A stretch of DNA of 63,530 nucleotides, the filler included, from Octopus bimaculoides (lineage: Eukaryota): the NCBI RefSeq assembly GCF_001194135.2. It is 5 parts of 5 records of this genome, joined end to end, with 100 filler letters (N's around TTAATTAATTAA, not from the genome) between each part and the next. Parts side by side here need not be neighbours in the genome. Positions count along the whole stretch, not along the records: positions 29,058 to 60,257 come from NC_068983.1; 4 more parts are not named here. One strand, written 5' to 3'. Shown here piece after piece: positions 39,849-52,590 of this stretch (the stretch's first letter is position 1; each line of letters opens with the position of its first letter). Position numbers and translations under genes: made by a program. The notes below the pieces were generated by a model, which was given only the letters and a program-made list of their open reading frames with translations, did not search any database and was not told the origin of the DNA.

Positions 39849-41072
39849 GTCCTCTAGCAGTAAACCATAGGCCTTTGTACATCCTCAAGTCTTTAGAGAC
39901 AAGAGAAATTAACTGAAATAAATAAATGGATGAAATTACTTACGTGAATGAATCACAGAAATGTTTGAAGAATACTTGACAAGAGATAACTGTTTTGCCT
40001 GTATTTACTTCTTCATTATTATTATTATTTTTTGTTTTGTTTTGTTTTCTTAAAAACTTTACTCTTTTATCAAGTATCATTAATTATATAACGAGATGTA
40101 ATGATTGATGATGATAACAGCATTATGAGTAATACAAAGTAGTTTAACCACAGGTCAGGTCAATCATGGCCAGGAAAGACCTAAGATCAAAGGCTAACTG
40201 TGACCCTTCCATCCTTTCCTTAAGTATTTTATATCTAGGACTACATCATCCAACCTATCTCTGACTCCCTTTCCACCTCCCTTCCTAACTATCTCTCCTC
40301 TCTCCCCAAGATGGTTGAGAATAATTTGGAGGAGATGAAACTAATTAAGTTCTTACTGGAGAAAATAATTCTACAGCCTTGGATAGCTGGATACAATGTA
40401 GATGTGGGCTTTATGAGGCACTAAGCTATGCAAAACCAGAAGACCATTTGCTAAAAAAATTACATCAGGTCTCACAAAAAATTGAAAACATACATTTTAA
40501 TTATTTTGAAGCTCCGACAGATTATGTCTAAATCTGATGATATATTTGATCAAAATGCACAAACTATTTTTCTTAACACTGATTTTAAAGATGTTCATGT
40601 TTAAATATGATACAATAGATTATGTTGCCTACTTAATCCACTCACAACGTTTTGTGTCTGCCTGGGGTTCAATCCCACTGCAAGGCACTTTGGACAAGTG
40701 TAGTCACAACTTAGCAGTTCAGTAAAAGAGATTGATAGAACAAATAAACTTGAATAAAAATAATTACTGGGGTTTGATTTGATCAACTAAACCTTTCAAG
40801 ACAGCTACAACTGAAACAAGTAAAAAAGAAAAAAAAAAGTAATGATATTTGTTTTTGCAGTTGTTGTTGTTGCTGTTGTTTAACCTCAGGTTAGCCTTGG
40901 TTGAGTAAAGCTATCAGCAAGCTATCAAAGGTATAAAGCTATCAAAAGGCATTCAAGCTGTGATCATCCCATCTTTAATGTATCAATGACTAAAAATATA
41001 TAAATCTTTAATGCATCAATGATTACATTAGCCTGGATACATACTGTCTCATCTCCTAGCATCTTTTTAAAT

Positions 41073-41443
41073 CACTGATTCTCAACCAGGGTCCATATAA
41101 GGTTCTCGGGGGGGNNNNNNNNNNNNNNNNNNNNNNNNNNNNNNNNNNNNNGGGGGTCCATACAACAAAATGGTAAATTGGGGATCCACAATAATATTTT
41201 AAGGGGCCGCTACAAAAATTTTGCTTTAGATGTGTGCAGTAGTATTTATTGCAAGAAACAGTAAGGTTTTTCTGTCTAACATTTTACATAGTTCAACCTA
41301 CACAAGTTAATGCATGAAAAACAACATATGAATGTTGAAAGAAGTTTCTATAAAACTAGTTTTTAAATATCAAATAGCTTTAGGAGTTCGCCAGAGTAAA
41401 ATAGTAATCAAAGGGGTCCATCGATAAAAAAATTGGGAACCCG
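41073..41443. mobile_element. hAT-like MITE
   Basis: cactgattctcaacc ... ttgggaacccg, with similar ttttaaa flanks. Confidence 0.55.
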
Positions 41444-42135
41444 TTTTAAATGGTGAGTGTATGATGAGGGAGATCTGGCTGCTATTTCTAGTAGGTCGTG
41501 AGACCTATCTTTTGGTTCTTTGTAGGAGTGAATGCTTAACCCAAGATAAAACTTCATCCAAGAGATCCAAGAGAGTAAAAGGTGTTCCAGCCATGGCCAT
41601 CACCTACCCAATCTGTCTAATCCGAAGTGACCTTCATTTGTTCAAGACAGTAGAGTATGATTTTGGGTGGATTTAGCTGCTATTCCTAACAAATTGAGCA
41701 ACCACAGAAGTTCCATGGATGCCATAGTGATAGTATTTCTTAATTGACCACACACACACACTCTTTCTCTCTACCTTATTTCCACATACACACACACACA
41801 CACATACAAACTGATTGAGAGACAGTTCAATGAGGCGAACGAAATATAAGAGACACTCGCCAACAAGATTAAGAATTCTTTTAATTTCTGAATGTTTTTA
41901 TTTATTTTTTTATTTTTAATGTTTCTTTAATGAGAATCAGTTAAAAACAAGAATTGATGATTCATTTGTAAATTTTGGCCCACCACCACCACCCATATTC
42001 ATTATCACTACACCATTATCAATTTGCCACCGCCACCGCCACCTTACTCTCCTCTCCCTCCTCCCCAGATACACCAGCCATCACTATCACCACTACTACA
42101 ACCAACATTACCAGGATCACTGATGCCACATGTAG

Positions 42136-42167
<32 letters not shown>

Positions 42168-42745
42168 CCAACAACATCATAACTGGCACTATAATCACCA
42201 CTGCCACCATAGTCCCAATACAAAGTGTACATATGACACAACAGATCAAATAGACAAGACGGATTGTGAACAGGAGACCAGACATAAGACACAGATGTCG
42301 TGCCGTGTGTGTGTGTGTGTGTGTGTAGAAAGTGTCAATGAAGTAAGAAGATATAGTGAAAGAGCAGAATAGGGGGGGGGGGGTGAGTAAATGAAATAAC
42401 AGAGAGAAAGAAAAAAATAGAGGGGGGTAAAAGTAGAAGTAAGAGAGAGAGGAGAGGTAAAAGTTGGAAGGAAGACAGAAAGATGAGATAGGAAAAAAAG
42501 GGGGGGGGGAGGATAGAGGGTAGAAGAAAGGGGAGAGAGAGAGAGAGAGAATAGAGAATTGAAGAGAGAGGGGAATAGAGGATAGCAGAAGAGGAACAGG
42601 GGAAGAAAAAGTATGAAGGAGAGAGAGGGGGGTAGAGTTTAAGGTGAGGAAAAAGGAGAACAGAAGATGCCCAAAAGAAAAGGACAAGACAAAAAAAAAG
42701 AAGAGGAAAGAGACAAAGAAAGAATAAGGATGTGCAAACACCAAA

Positions 42746-43049
42746 TTTTATTATTTACATTTGACGGATATTTGTCCTAATCTTGTTTGTTGTTAACACA
42801 ACGTTTCGGCTGATATACCCTCCAGCCTTCGTCAGGTGTCTTGGGGAAATTTCGAATCTGGGTTCTCATTCCTAACGATGTTACATATGGCGTAGTGGTT
42901 AAGAGCGTGGGCTACAAACCCCAAGATTCCGAGTTTGATTCAAGGCAGCGACTTGATTAATAATAATAATAATAATAATAGTAACATTGTTAGGAATGAG
43001 AACCCAGGTTCGAAATTTCCCCAAGACACCTGACGAAGGCTGGAGGGTA
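42746..43049 (+). mobile_element. Composite element: inverted tail copy, tRNA-like Pol III head, (TAA)n, hammerhead-bearing tail (cut by gap)
   Basis: 68-bp inverted repeat 42816-42883 / 42982-43049 (2 mismatches). A box TGGCGTAGTGG at 42888-42898; B-box-like agtttgattca at 42932-42942; (TAA)n at ~42958-42980. Confidence 0.75.
42795..42840 (-). ncRNA. Intact minimal type I hammerhead ribozyme
   Basis: gacac-CTGACGA-a-ggctg(gagggtatat)cagcc-GAAA-cgT-T|gtgtt: stem I gacac/gtgtt, 5-bp stem II, palindromic ACGU stem III. Confidence 0.75.
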
Positions 43050-43643
43050 NNNNNNNNNNNNNNNNNNNNNNNNNNNNNNNNNNNNNNNNNNNNNNNNNNN
43101 NNNNNNNNNNNNNNNNNNNNNNNNNNNNNNNNNNNNNNNNNNNNNNNNNNNNNNNNNNNNNNNNNNNNNNNNNNNNNNNNNNNNNNNNNNNNNNNNNNNN
43201 NNNNNNNNNNNNNNNNNNNNNNNNNNNNNNNNNNNNNNNNNNNNNNNNNNNNNNNNNNNNNNNNNNNNNNNNNNNNNNNNNNNNNNNNNNNNNNNNNNNN
43301 NNNNNNNNNNNNNNNNNNNNNNNNNNNNNNNNNNNNNNNNNNNNNNNNNNNNNNNNNNNNNNNNNNNNNNNNNNNNNNNNNNNNNNNNNNNNNNNNNNNN
43401 NNNNNNNNNNNNNNNNNNNNNNNNNNNNNNNNNNNNNNNNNNNNNNNNNNNNNNNNNNNNNNNNNNNNNNNNNNNNNNNNNNNNNNNNNNNNNNNNNNNN
43501 NNNNNNNNNNNNNNNNNNNNNNNNNNNNNNNNNNNNNNNNNNNNNNNNNNNNNNNNNNNNNNNNNNNNNNNNNNNNNNNNNNNNNNNNNNNNNNNNNNNN
43601 NNNNNNNNNNNNNNNNNNNNNNNNNNNNNNNNNNNNNNNNNNN

Positions 43644-43694
<51 letters not shown>

Positions 43695-44644
43695 TACATA
43701 ATGCACATTCATGCTTACATACCCATAATACACACACACACACACACACACACAGCAGCACCTAACCTTCACTTCATCACACACTGGCAGGGAGTAATTA
43801 TTAATACCTAAAATAACACAATCACATGAATTCACTACATTTTCGACAAACTGCTATACTCTTTTACTTGTTTGAGTCATTTGACTGTGGCCATGCTGGA
43901 GCAAATCGACTCCAGGACTTATTCTTTGTAAGCCTAGAACTTATTCTATTGGCCTCTTTTGCCGAATCGCTAAGTTACGGATTTTACTCAGAGAAGCTAC
44001 ACGGAAACCATTCAGAATGGGGTTTCAATTTGACAATTATCAAAGGAAAACAAAAAAAAGCAAAAAAAAAAAAAAAGCCTATTGCAGCCATGTTGGAGCA
44101 CTACTTTGAAGGGTTTAGTGAAGCAAATCAGCTTCAGAACTGATTTTATTAATCCTGATACTTATTCTCCTTTTTTTTTTTTTTTTTTTTGCCAAACTAC
44201 TAAGTTATGGGATGTAAGCAAACCAAATCAGGTTGCCAATCAGTGGTGTGGAACAACACAGACACAACATGTATGCCTGAACATAACAGGTTTCCCCCAG
44301 TTTCCATCAACTAAATCTATTCTCAAGGCTTTGGTCAGCCTGGGGTTATAGGTGCCACACAGCAGGACTGAACCGGAGACCACTTGGTTGAGAAGCAAGC
44401 TTCTTAACCACACAGCCATACCTGCATCTGTAACACACAGTTTTGTGGAAATGTGTGCCTCCATGCAAAATATCAACCACCAAAGTGCAAAACTGTGACC
44501 CACAGCCAGAAACAGAGATACATAAGAGATATATACATTCACTTTTATACTTAGAGAGATAATACAACAAAACAAACAAGCAAAGCAAAGAAGAAAAAAA
44601 TTGCCATGCTGGCAGAAAGAAACCTAAAATAACATTTAAAAATG

Positions 44645-44680
<36 letters not shown>

Positions 44681-44767
44681 ATGTTAGACTGACAGGTGGG
44701 TAAAGGAGGCCAGCAGAGTAAATAGTGAGTAGTAGTAAGAGGAAGAGGTATGAGAGAGAAGACACAA

Positions 44768-44799
<32 letters not shown>

Positions 44800-44800
<1 letters not shown>

Positions 44801-44844
44801 ACACACACACTTTGTATAGATATACATACGCACACTTTATATTA

Positions 44845-44880
<36 letters not shown>

Positions 44881-45085
44881 TTTATATAAATATATATACA
44901 CACACTCTTTATCTAAATATATATACACACACTTTATATAAATATATATACACACACTTTATATAAATATATATACACATACTTTAATATAAATATATAT
45001 ACACATACTTTATATAAATATATATATATACACACACTTTATCTAAATATATATACACACTCTTTATATAAATATATATACACAC

Positions 45086-45130
<45 letters not shown>
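44800..45130. repeat. ~25-bp minisatellite (acacacactttatataaatatatat)n
   Basis: About ten degenerate units. Confidence 0.85.
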
Positions 45131-45131
<1 letters not shown>

Positions 45132-45389
45132 TAAATATACCTACAAACAGATACACACACATATTTATGTACATATGTACAGTCAAGAGAGAAAGTTAGC
45201 TGAAAAGAGAAAGATTAGAAAGAGAGAGAGAAAGAGAGAGACATAGAGAGAGAGAGAGAGAGAGAGAGAGAAGCGAGAGGAAGAGTCAGAGAAAGTGGAT
45301 GATCTACATCAATAAACTCCAGCTGGTGACCTGCTTTCCCACCCTCCCCACCTGCTCATCCCACTCTCCACCATATTAGTAGGCATCAT

Positions 45390-45455
45390 ATTACCATGGC
45401 AACTCAAGCGACTATGCCCCTCCCCTTTCCTCTACCACACAGTTGCTAAGGCAAC
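45390..45455. promoter_or_regulatory. Pair of RFX X-box-like motifs
   Basis: ATTACCATGGCAAC (45390-45403) and GTTGCTAAGGCAAC (45442-45455) in non-repeat sequence. Confidence 0.4.
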
Positions 45456-45796
45456 AAGCCAGCCAGAAGTTAAGTTTGCTTTATCTATTCAATAATAGTA
45501 ATGAAATGACACTTAACCAAATAAGCCTCCTGGAAAAAGAGGTAACCCTGATGACGATGACGACGATGATGATGATGATCGTCATCATCATCATCATTAT
45601 CATCATCATGTTGTTGTGGGGGTTGATTAAGAATAGAGGGGTCCTTTATTCGTGTACACATGTACACGTGAGTATGTGTCATGTAATACATGGGGAGCAT
45701 ATGGCACGTGTTTAAATGGATGAGTGTGGGTTTTGACTGAGTGTATGCGTGAGCAAGTTATGCACAATGTGCATATGTGTAAGTATATATACATAC

Positions 45797-45866
<70 letters not shown>

Positions 45867-46093
45867 CCCTAAATTTATGTATGTGTGTGTATATATATAT
45901 ATATATATATGTATGAGCATATGTATCCAGGTGTGTATGCATATGTGGGTGTATACAGGGCAGCATGGAAAGCAGCCGTTGAATGATGATGATGATGATG
46001 ATGTGTATGCTCCCCCACCCCCATCAAAGGAACTTGAATGTAAGCCTGTGTAACCTTGTAAAAAAATTAAGGTTGATACTGTGTCTGTGTGTG

Positions 46094-46133
<40 letters not shown>

Positions 46134-46689
46134 TTGTACACAGAAGGAGGTATACTTGACAAATAGGTGCACGAAGGAAGACTTGTATGTACCCAGGTAC
46201 AGGGAAGTGCTCATGTGACTGCATAGAGAAGAAGGGAAGAGAGCTTGGGTGCCAAGTCTATAATAGCAGGAGAGATACAGAGAGAGAGAGACAGGCAGAC
46301 AGATAGACTGCAGAAGGGCTAATGCAAAAGTAAATAAGGGAGAGAGAGAGAGAGAGGGAGTACTTGGCAGAATTTTACAGATGAGACACTCAGAGAGCTT
46401 GTTTAAAGTGTTTGTGGGTGGAAGTGTACAGGAGTGTGTGTGTATGTTAATTCACAAGAAAGTGTGTGCATGTGTGAGTAAAAAGGGGGGAGGCATTATT
46501 CAGACTGAATTAACTATGGTGGAGATGATAGTAGTGGTTGGTGGTAGTGGTCATAGAACTTAGTTGGAAACAGGGGCCCTTAGGAATACTTAAAAATCAG
46601 CATTGCAAGCGAAAAAAATTGTCAGTAATTGAAGTGTTTGCACACTTTTGAACGGTTGTAGATGGATGAATTCACAGGGTAAAAGACCA

Positions 46690-47270
46690 CCAGTGTGTGA
46701 GCAACTATGGATGTACATATAACCACTGTTACATATAACAGCTGTGAGTGCAATAATGGGTTGACCAGGGTTAAGAGACAGACTGTCTGTGGGCAATGAT
46801 GAAGTAATCCAGAGTACTATGAGCAAATGACATAGTAAGAAGAGGTAACAGACAGGCCCTCTTTGAGCAACAATGGGATAACAGGGGCACCCTGTGAGCA
46901 ATGAAGGGGTTAGCATATAACCAGTGTGCGCAATACTGGGGTGACCAGGATTACGAGACAAACATCCTGTGAGCAATGATGAAGTAATTCAGAGCATTAC
47001 GGGCAATGGCAAGAAGTGGTGACAGACAAGCACTCTATGAGCAACAACAGGATGAGGGTACCCTGTGAGTGATGATGGGGTAATATATGACAACTATGTC
47101 TACACAAATGAGGTGACATAACCATAGCAGGTGCAATAATGCGGTGATCAGGGTTAAGACACAAATACTCTATGAGCAATGATGGAGAAACCAGAGCACT
47201 ATAAGCAATGACAAGGTGACAAATAAGTGGAGACAAACAAGCACTATATGAGCAATGATGGTATAACCAA
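46690..47270. repeat. Degenerate minisatellite with ~180-200-bp higher-order repeat
   Basis: Subunit ~ctctgtgagcaatgatgg. HOR starts (gtgcaataatg..gaccagggttaagacac) at ~46749, 46927 and 47131. Confidence 0.8.
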
Positions 47271-47378
47271 TCCAAGACCATACAGTTTTTTCTCTGTGTG
47301 TATACAATATGCATTATTGAATGTCCTTCCATTTCTCGAGATGTCTGATAAGTGGGAGATTTGGTTGTTGCTTTTTAG

Positions 47379-47487
47379 CAAATCAAGCAACCTCCTAGAA
47401 CAGATATGGGCAACTTTTTTTTTGAAGAGCAGATCACACAAGACATGGCTTACATCAGGCAGGCTACACAACAAAATAAAATTCAAG
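47379..47487 (+). CDS. Candidate 109-nt exon (QIKQPPRTDMGNFFFEEQITQDMAYIRQATQQNKIQ), product unknown
   Basis: ttggttgttgctttttAG acceptor and AAG|GTAATT donor. Open frame with protein-like composition, inside the CpG-depleted domain. No family recognised. Confidence 0.35.
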
Positions 47488-47908
47488 GTAATTTCTCATT
47501 GGTTGCGCCATTCAAAAAGTCTTGCAGCCCCATGACTGCCCTACTGTCTTCTACTGACCTCTAAGTATTCTTGTTCTTGAGCAGAAGGTTAGCCCTAGTT
47601 GAACAGATCTGTGATCAAAAGTATTTCTACCATAACAATCTTATATTACCTATGCAGACCCAGTTACCTGTTTCAGACAATAATTTCCAATTTGAGATTC
47701 CCATAAATAGTGACATGATGTTCTTTGTGTAGGCAATGGTGATGAAGTTTGTTCAGAATTCATCCTGCAAAACCATTAGAATAATTTTGCATAATTAGGT
47801 GCACATTTCACCAGTAGAGGAAGTTCCCTCCAACAGTAGTCTAGTGTCCTATTCCAAGACGGATTTATTTCTTATCTAGTTTAACAGTGAGTTGTATACC
47901 AATCTGAA

Positions 47909-48228
47909 GGCACATGCCTTAGTGGTTAGGGTATTCGGGTCATGATCATAAGATCATGAGTTCAATATCTGGTGGCATATTGTGTCTTTGAGCAAAATAC
48001 TTTATTTCTCATTGCCCCAGTCCACTCAGCTAGCAAAAATGAGTAGTACCTGTATTTCAAAGGGTCACTCTTGTTAGAGTCTTTGTCACACTGAATCTCC
48101 CCGAGAACTATGTCAAGGGTACCCATGTCTGCAAAATGCTTCGCTACTTGCATGTTAATTTCACAAGCAGGCCGTTTTGTTGATTGGATCAACCAGAAAG
48201 CTTTATCATCATAACCAACAAAGTGCCA
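47909..48228 (+). mobile_element. Full-length, CpG-decayed SINE family C
   Basis: tRNA-like head, CORE-like body, tail matching 4137-4355. Confidence 0.8.
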
Positions 48229-51200
48229 GCTTTAGTATACCAATCTTGTAGAATCTGGTAGTAATTTAGAGAAAAACACAAAAGCAGCTATCATATTATT
48301 TACAACAATGAACAAGTTGTACCCCGCTTATGGTACCTATTTATTACTAAATAGAACTAAGAGACACAGAGCCAGTGGGGGGGCATCTTAGCTACAGATA
48401 CCACCCAACACTTTGATCAGAATAGAAAACACCATCACCATTCTGAGACCAGTAGTCAAATTATGACACCCACAACCATCTCTACCACTAAACCCAGCTG
48501 ATTCTAACTATATAATGTTAACCAATGAGAAGAAAAGACTTTATCTATGAAATAATATTCTACATACACACTAAGGAACAGGACTAAATAATAATGGTGA
48601 TGATAAAAATGATGGTGCTAATTATTATTATTGTTGTTGTTGTTGTTGTTGTTGTTACTGATAATGATGAGTATAGAGTGAATAAGATAGGGGGAGAGTT
48701 AAATTTCTTTTCTCAGTATAAATAATATATTTTGATGGCAGTGGTGGTAGTTTGGTGGGAGAAGGGCAAAAATGTTAGTTAACTGGATCAATCCGTCCCT
48801 CACCCCACTCCAATATTTGACTGTTCCTTCTGATAGATGAAAGGCTGAAGCCGACCCAGGTAGGATTTGAACTCAGGATGCAAACAGATGTAACCAAATA
48901 GTGCACGTACATTTTGTCCAGCTCTCATCCAATTCTACCGCTCCACCACCATCGTCGTCCAAGATACCGAAGCAGATACCAACAGTCTATACTGACTGAC
49001 TGACTGCATGTAAGAAAACTAGTCACAGAGCAAGTCCTTCCTTCATACATATTTATGGCAATTCCAAGTTTAGAAGTTCGAGTCAGCAATAGTAGTAGTA
49101 GCAGCAGTAACAATAGTAGTAATTAGTAGAAGTAGTAATAACAGATGTGACAGTAGTGATGGTGAGGCAGTCACAAGGAATTATCTATCATCCAGTGAAC
49201 CAAGAAGCAAAAGCAGCAACACATTCCGTGATTTTCTCCTCTCATTAAGAAAAATCAATAGATTTGCTGGTTGTCAGGTAGAATTCTTCATTCTCTTGCA
49301 TTGCCTTGCAATTCACTTTCATTACACAGCAGTTGGCATTGTAAATACCGCTTAGTGCTACATCCCAACCACCATTCACTGCCAAAGCTTAGGCAGCAAA
49401 CTCCCAACCCCACCACTTTTCTTCTTTTTTTATATTTTTTCTCTTTGTTTTAGCCAATAACAGAGCCTCAAGGTGGTTGTTCATTTTGCTAGAATTAGTA
49501 AACCCAGCAAAATCTCCACCCTCAAATTACACCCACACAGCACCCACCTCACAACTGCAAAAAAAAAAAAAATTAAATTAAATGAGAGATAAAGAGCACG
49601 GTTGATAATGTAGTCCTACATGCACTGAGTCTCAGGAAAAGAAAAACAGTATGGCCAAAGCCAAAATGCTTTTCATCATCAAACTACTTGAACTTAAACT
49701 TTAACAACAACCTTTTCTTTTATTATTTATTATTTACAAATTGAATACAGGTGCAGTTATAGACATGTGGTTTAGAAGTTTTCCTGAGAACTTTATGATT
49801 CTAGGGCTTGTACCAACCACATGGACACTGTCTGCTGTCATCTACAATAGGCTGCAGGATTGACCGATGACTTTGAGTTTGAAATTTGGTAAACAGAAAT
49901 TGGAAGAAGCCCTTGTGGGCTAAGGGGACACATAAACATGCATGTGTGACTGTGAATGAGTTTCACCTCGTGCTGAAAAACAGCATGCTAATTGTTAACA
50001 GAAGTCACTGTTGCACAAAAACAGTGTCATTCGATTGCAATACCCTACAAAAGCTTGTCTGGGTAACTGTAAGGTCTGGTATTCAAAGGACTAAGATTTG
50101 TTGCAAAACGACTTGCAATATAATAATGCTTGATTAATTCAAAACAGCATGAATTAATAAGTATTACATTTGAAAGAATAATCTGAATGCTAAAGGATTA
50201 AGTATTTAACACAATTAACACGTTTTGTTTTATTAAATATTTAAGACTATGTTTCACAACAAACATGCTATGCCTATAGGTATTGGTGATCATGGCCTTC
50301 CAAACCTCTCTGCCTGCACACAACTCAATGCATTAATTGTTAAGCCATAAATGTTTTCGACTGTTTTGTCTAAGTCTAAATCCTTTAGCCACTGTAGATA
50401 TGGTTGGACAGGATAAAAACCCCCTTCAGTCATGAATGACCATGGGATTGCACCTAGAACGTTACCCTACAAGGCACAAGTCCGGGTAAGGTTGACCAAT
50501 AGTTACCTATGCATACCAGCCTCCCCTCTCCAAGCCATTGATGTCATCCAAGAGAAAGGTAAAACAGTGATACAGCTTGGCACCAGTGACATCACAACTT
50601 ATTTCCACAGCTGAGTAAACTGGAGTGATGTGAAATAAAGTGTCTTGCTCAATAACACAACACACAGCCCAGTTTAGTAATTAAACTCACTGTCTCATGA
50701 CGCTCTGACAATTATCACACTAATGGCAATTATTTAGCAAGATATAGTGTCCACAGTTGTCCTCTTATCTCCAGACAGTAAGCCTGTCCTTTTCCTTTAA
50801 TGGCATGTCAATTTTGGAGGATTCTTGACTCTTGAGATTATCTCTTCTTCCCAAGCAGAGCTGATCCTAAAAATGCCATTTGATAATTATGATAACTTCT
50901 CAAGAAGCAAAGATAATTTTAGTAAACCAAGAATCTATGCTGTATGGCATTTGATATAATGGCAGTTGTATAGTCCTTCTGTAGCCAGCTGGTTTAGGCT
51001 TCAAGTAACTTGTTACTCTGTCGACTCCACCCAACCCCACCATCACCATCACCATCACCAGGCCTAGCATCCTTTTAGTTACCCTGGTTGTCATCAAGTG
51101 CTTGAGGTGTCATTTTTCTCATATGGTGTTCAATGAACTGATTCAGATATCTGTCTCTTTATATAGTTAAGATGCTTTCTGTTGGCTTCTGCGTTTGTCA

Positions 51201-51439
51201 TTCTGTACAGAATATCAGAATATCTTCAGCATTCATTTAAGGAGCCACATCTGATGTTCCAAGTTACACAACAATATGTGTTATCTGGAACATCCTTACA
51301 TATACGGTTTACTACAATATGCTTCACAAAGTATTTAAAGTGATGAGGCCAATTTGAGCAACTAAAGTTTTTGAAGTCATGGCCCTGCATGGCCAGAGTA
51401 CAAAGACTTAAGATCATAAAAATAAAATGAAAAAGAGAA

Positions 51440-51494
<55 letters not shown>

Positions 51495-52367
51495 CCTGAA
51501 TTCCAGGCAGGGTCACAGACTCATATTACAAGCTGCCTACTTCTAACCCAATCAGTTAAGTGGAACAGATGAAATTTCTTGGGGGAAGAAATGTTTGTTG
51601 CTAAGGGAGACACAGTCATACTGATGCAATAATAACACTTTCCCTTTGACTTGATGATTAAAACAAATCAAAACCCAACCAACACCCATTAACCAAAAAT
51701 TAAGAATAAAAAAAAAAAATACTTGTAGCATACGTGTTGGCATGGTTGTCTGGTTAAGAAGCTTGTGTTAAAGCCATGTGAAAGATGGAAACTATATAGA
51801 AGCCTATTGCATGCGTGCATGTAAGCATGTAATTATGCATGTGTGCATGACTATCTTTGTCCCATACCCCACTACTTAGTCCCTCTAACTTAGCAGTTTG
51901 GCAAGACACATCAATAGAATCCAGACTTTAAAATAAGTATCAAGCTTTAAAATGAGAACTGGGATCAGTTTGTTCGATTTAAGACTTCAATGCAGTGCCC
52001 CAGTATGGTCACATTCCAATGGCTGAAACAAGTAAAAGGTGTAGGCATAAAGCCCCACACATAGAGAGAGGGGTATAGTAAAATTATATCAGACACCAGT
52101 TTTTGACTGGTATTTTATTAACCATTGATAAACAGCAAAGTCAACCTCAGTGAGATTTGAACCTAGAATGTTTAGGAAGATAACTAAAGACCACAAAGGA
52201 TTTTGCTGAGAATTCTAACAGTTCTGCAACCAAGCATGCTAAGAGTAATAGTTTCTAATTCTGAAACAAAGCATATGTGACCTTGGCAATGATTTCTGAG
52301 TTGGTTGAAAGGTGGAGAAATGGTAGGAACAAACCATCACCCATTAGTTGGCACATTCAAAACTAGC

Positions 52368-52590
52368 TTAACCCTTTAGCATTTAAACCGGCCATATCCA
52401 GCCCAAATATTCTACCTGTTTTATGGCGGAACTGAACAAATCTGGCTCCTCACAATTATTCCACAACATAATTCTAAAAATAAACAATCACATTATTGAA
52501 ATCTCAAAGCTACAAGATAATGCATGATTAATTCAAAACAGATTGAATAAGTATTTCATTTGACGGAGTAATCTGAATGCTAAAAGATTA
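52368..52590 (-). mobile_element. piggyBac-type MITE
   Basis: Reverse complement of the 38605-38832 family. Confidence 0.7.

Noticed and set aside
46780-47060. Repeated ATGATGA suggesting a C/D snoRNA array
   Set aside because: No CTGA D boxes at appropriate distance and no terminal stems; explained by the minisatellite subunit.
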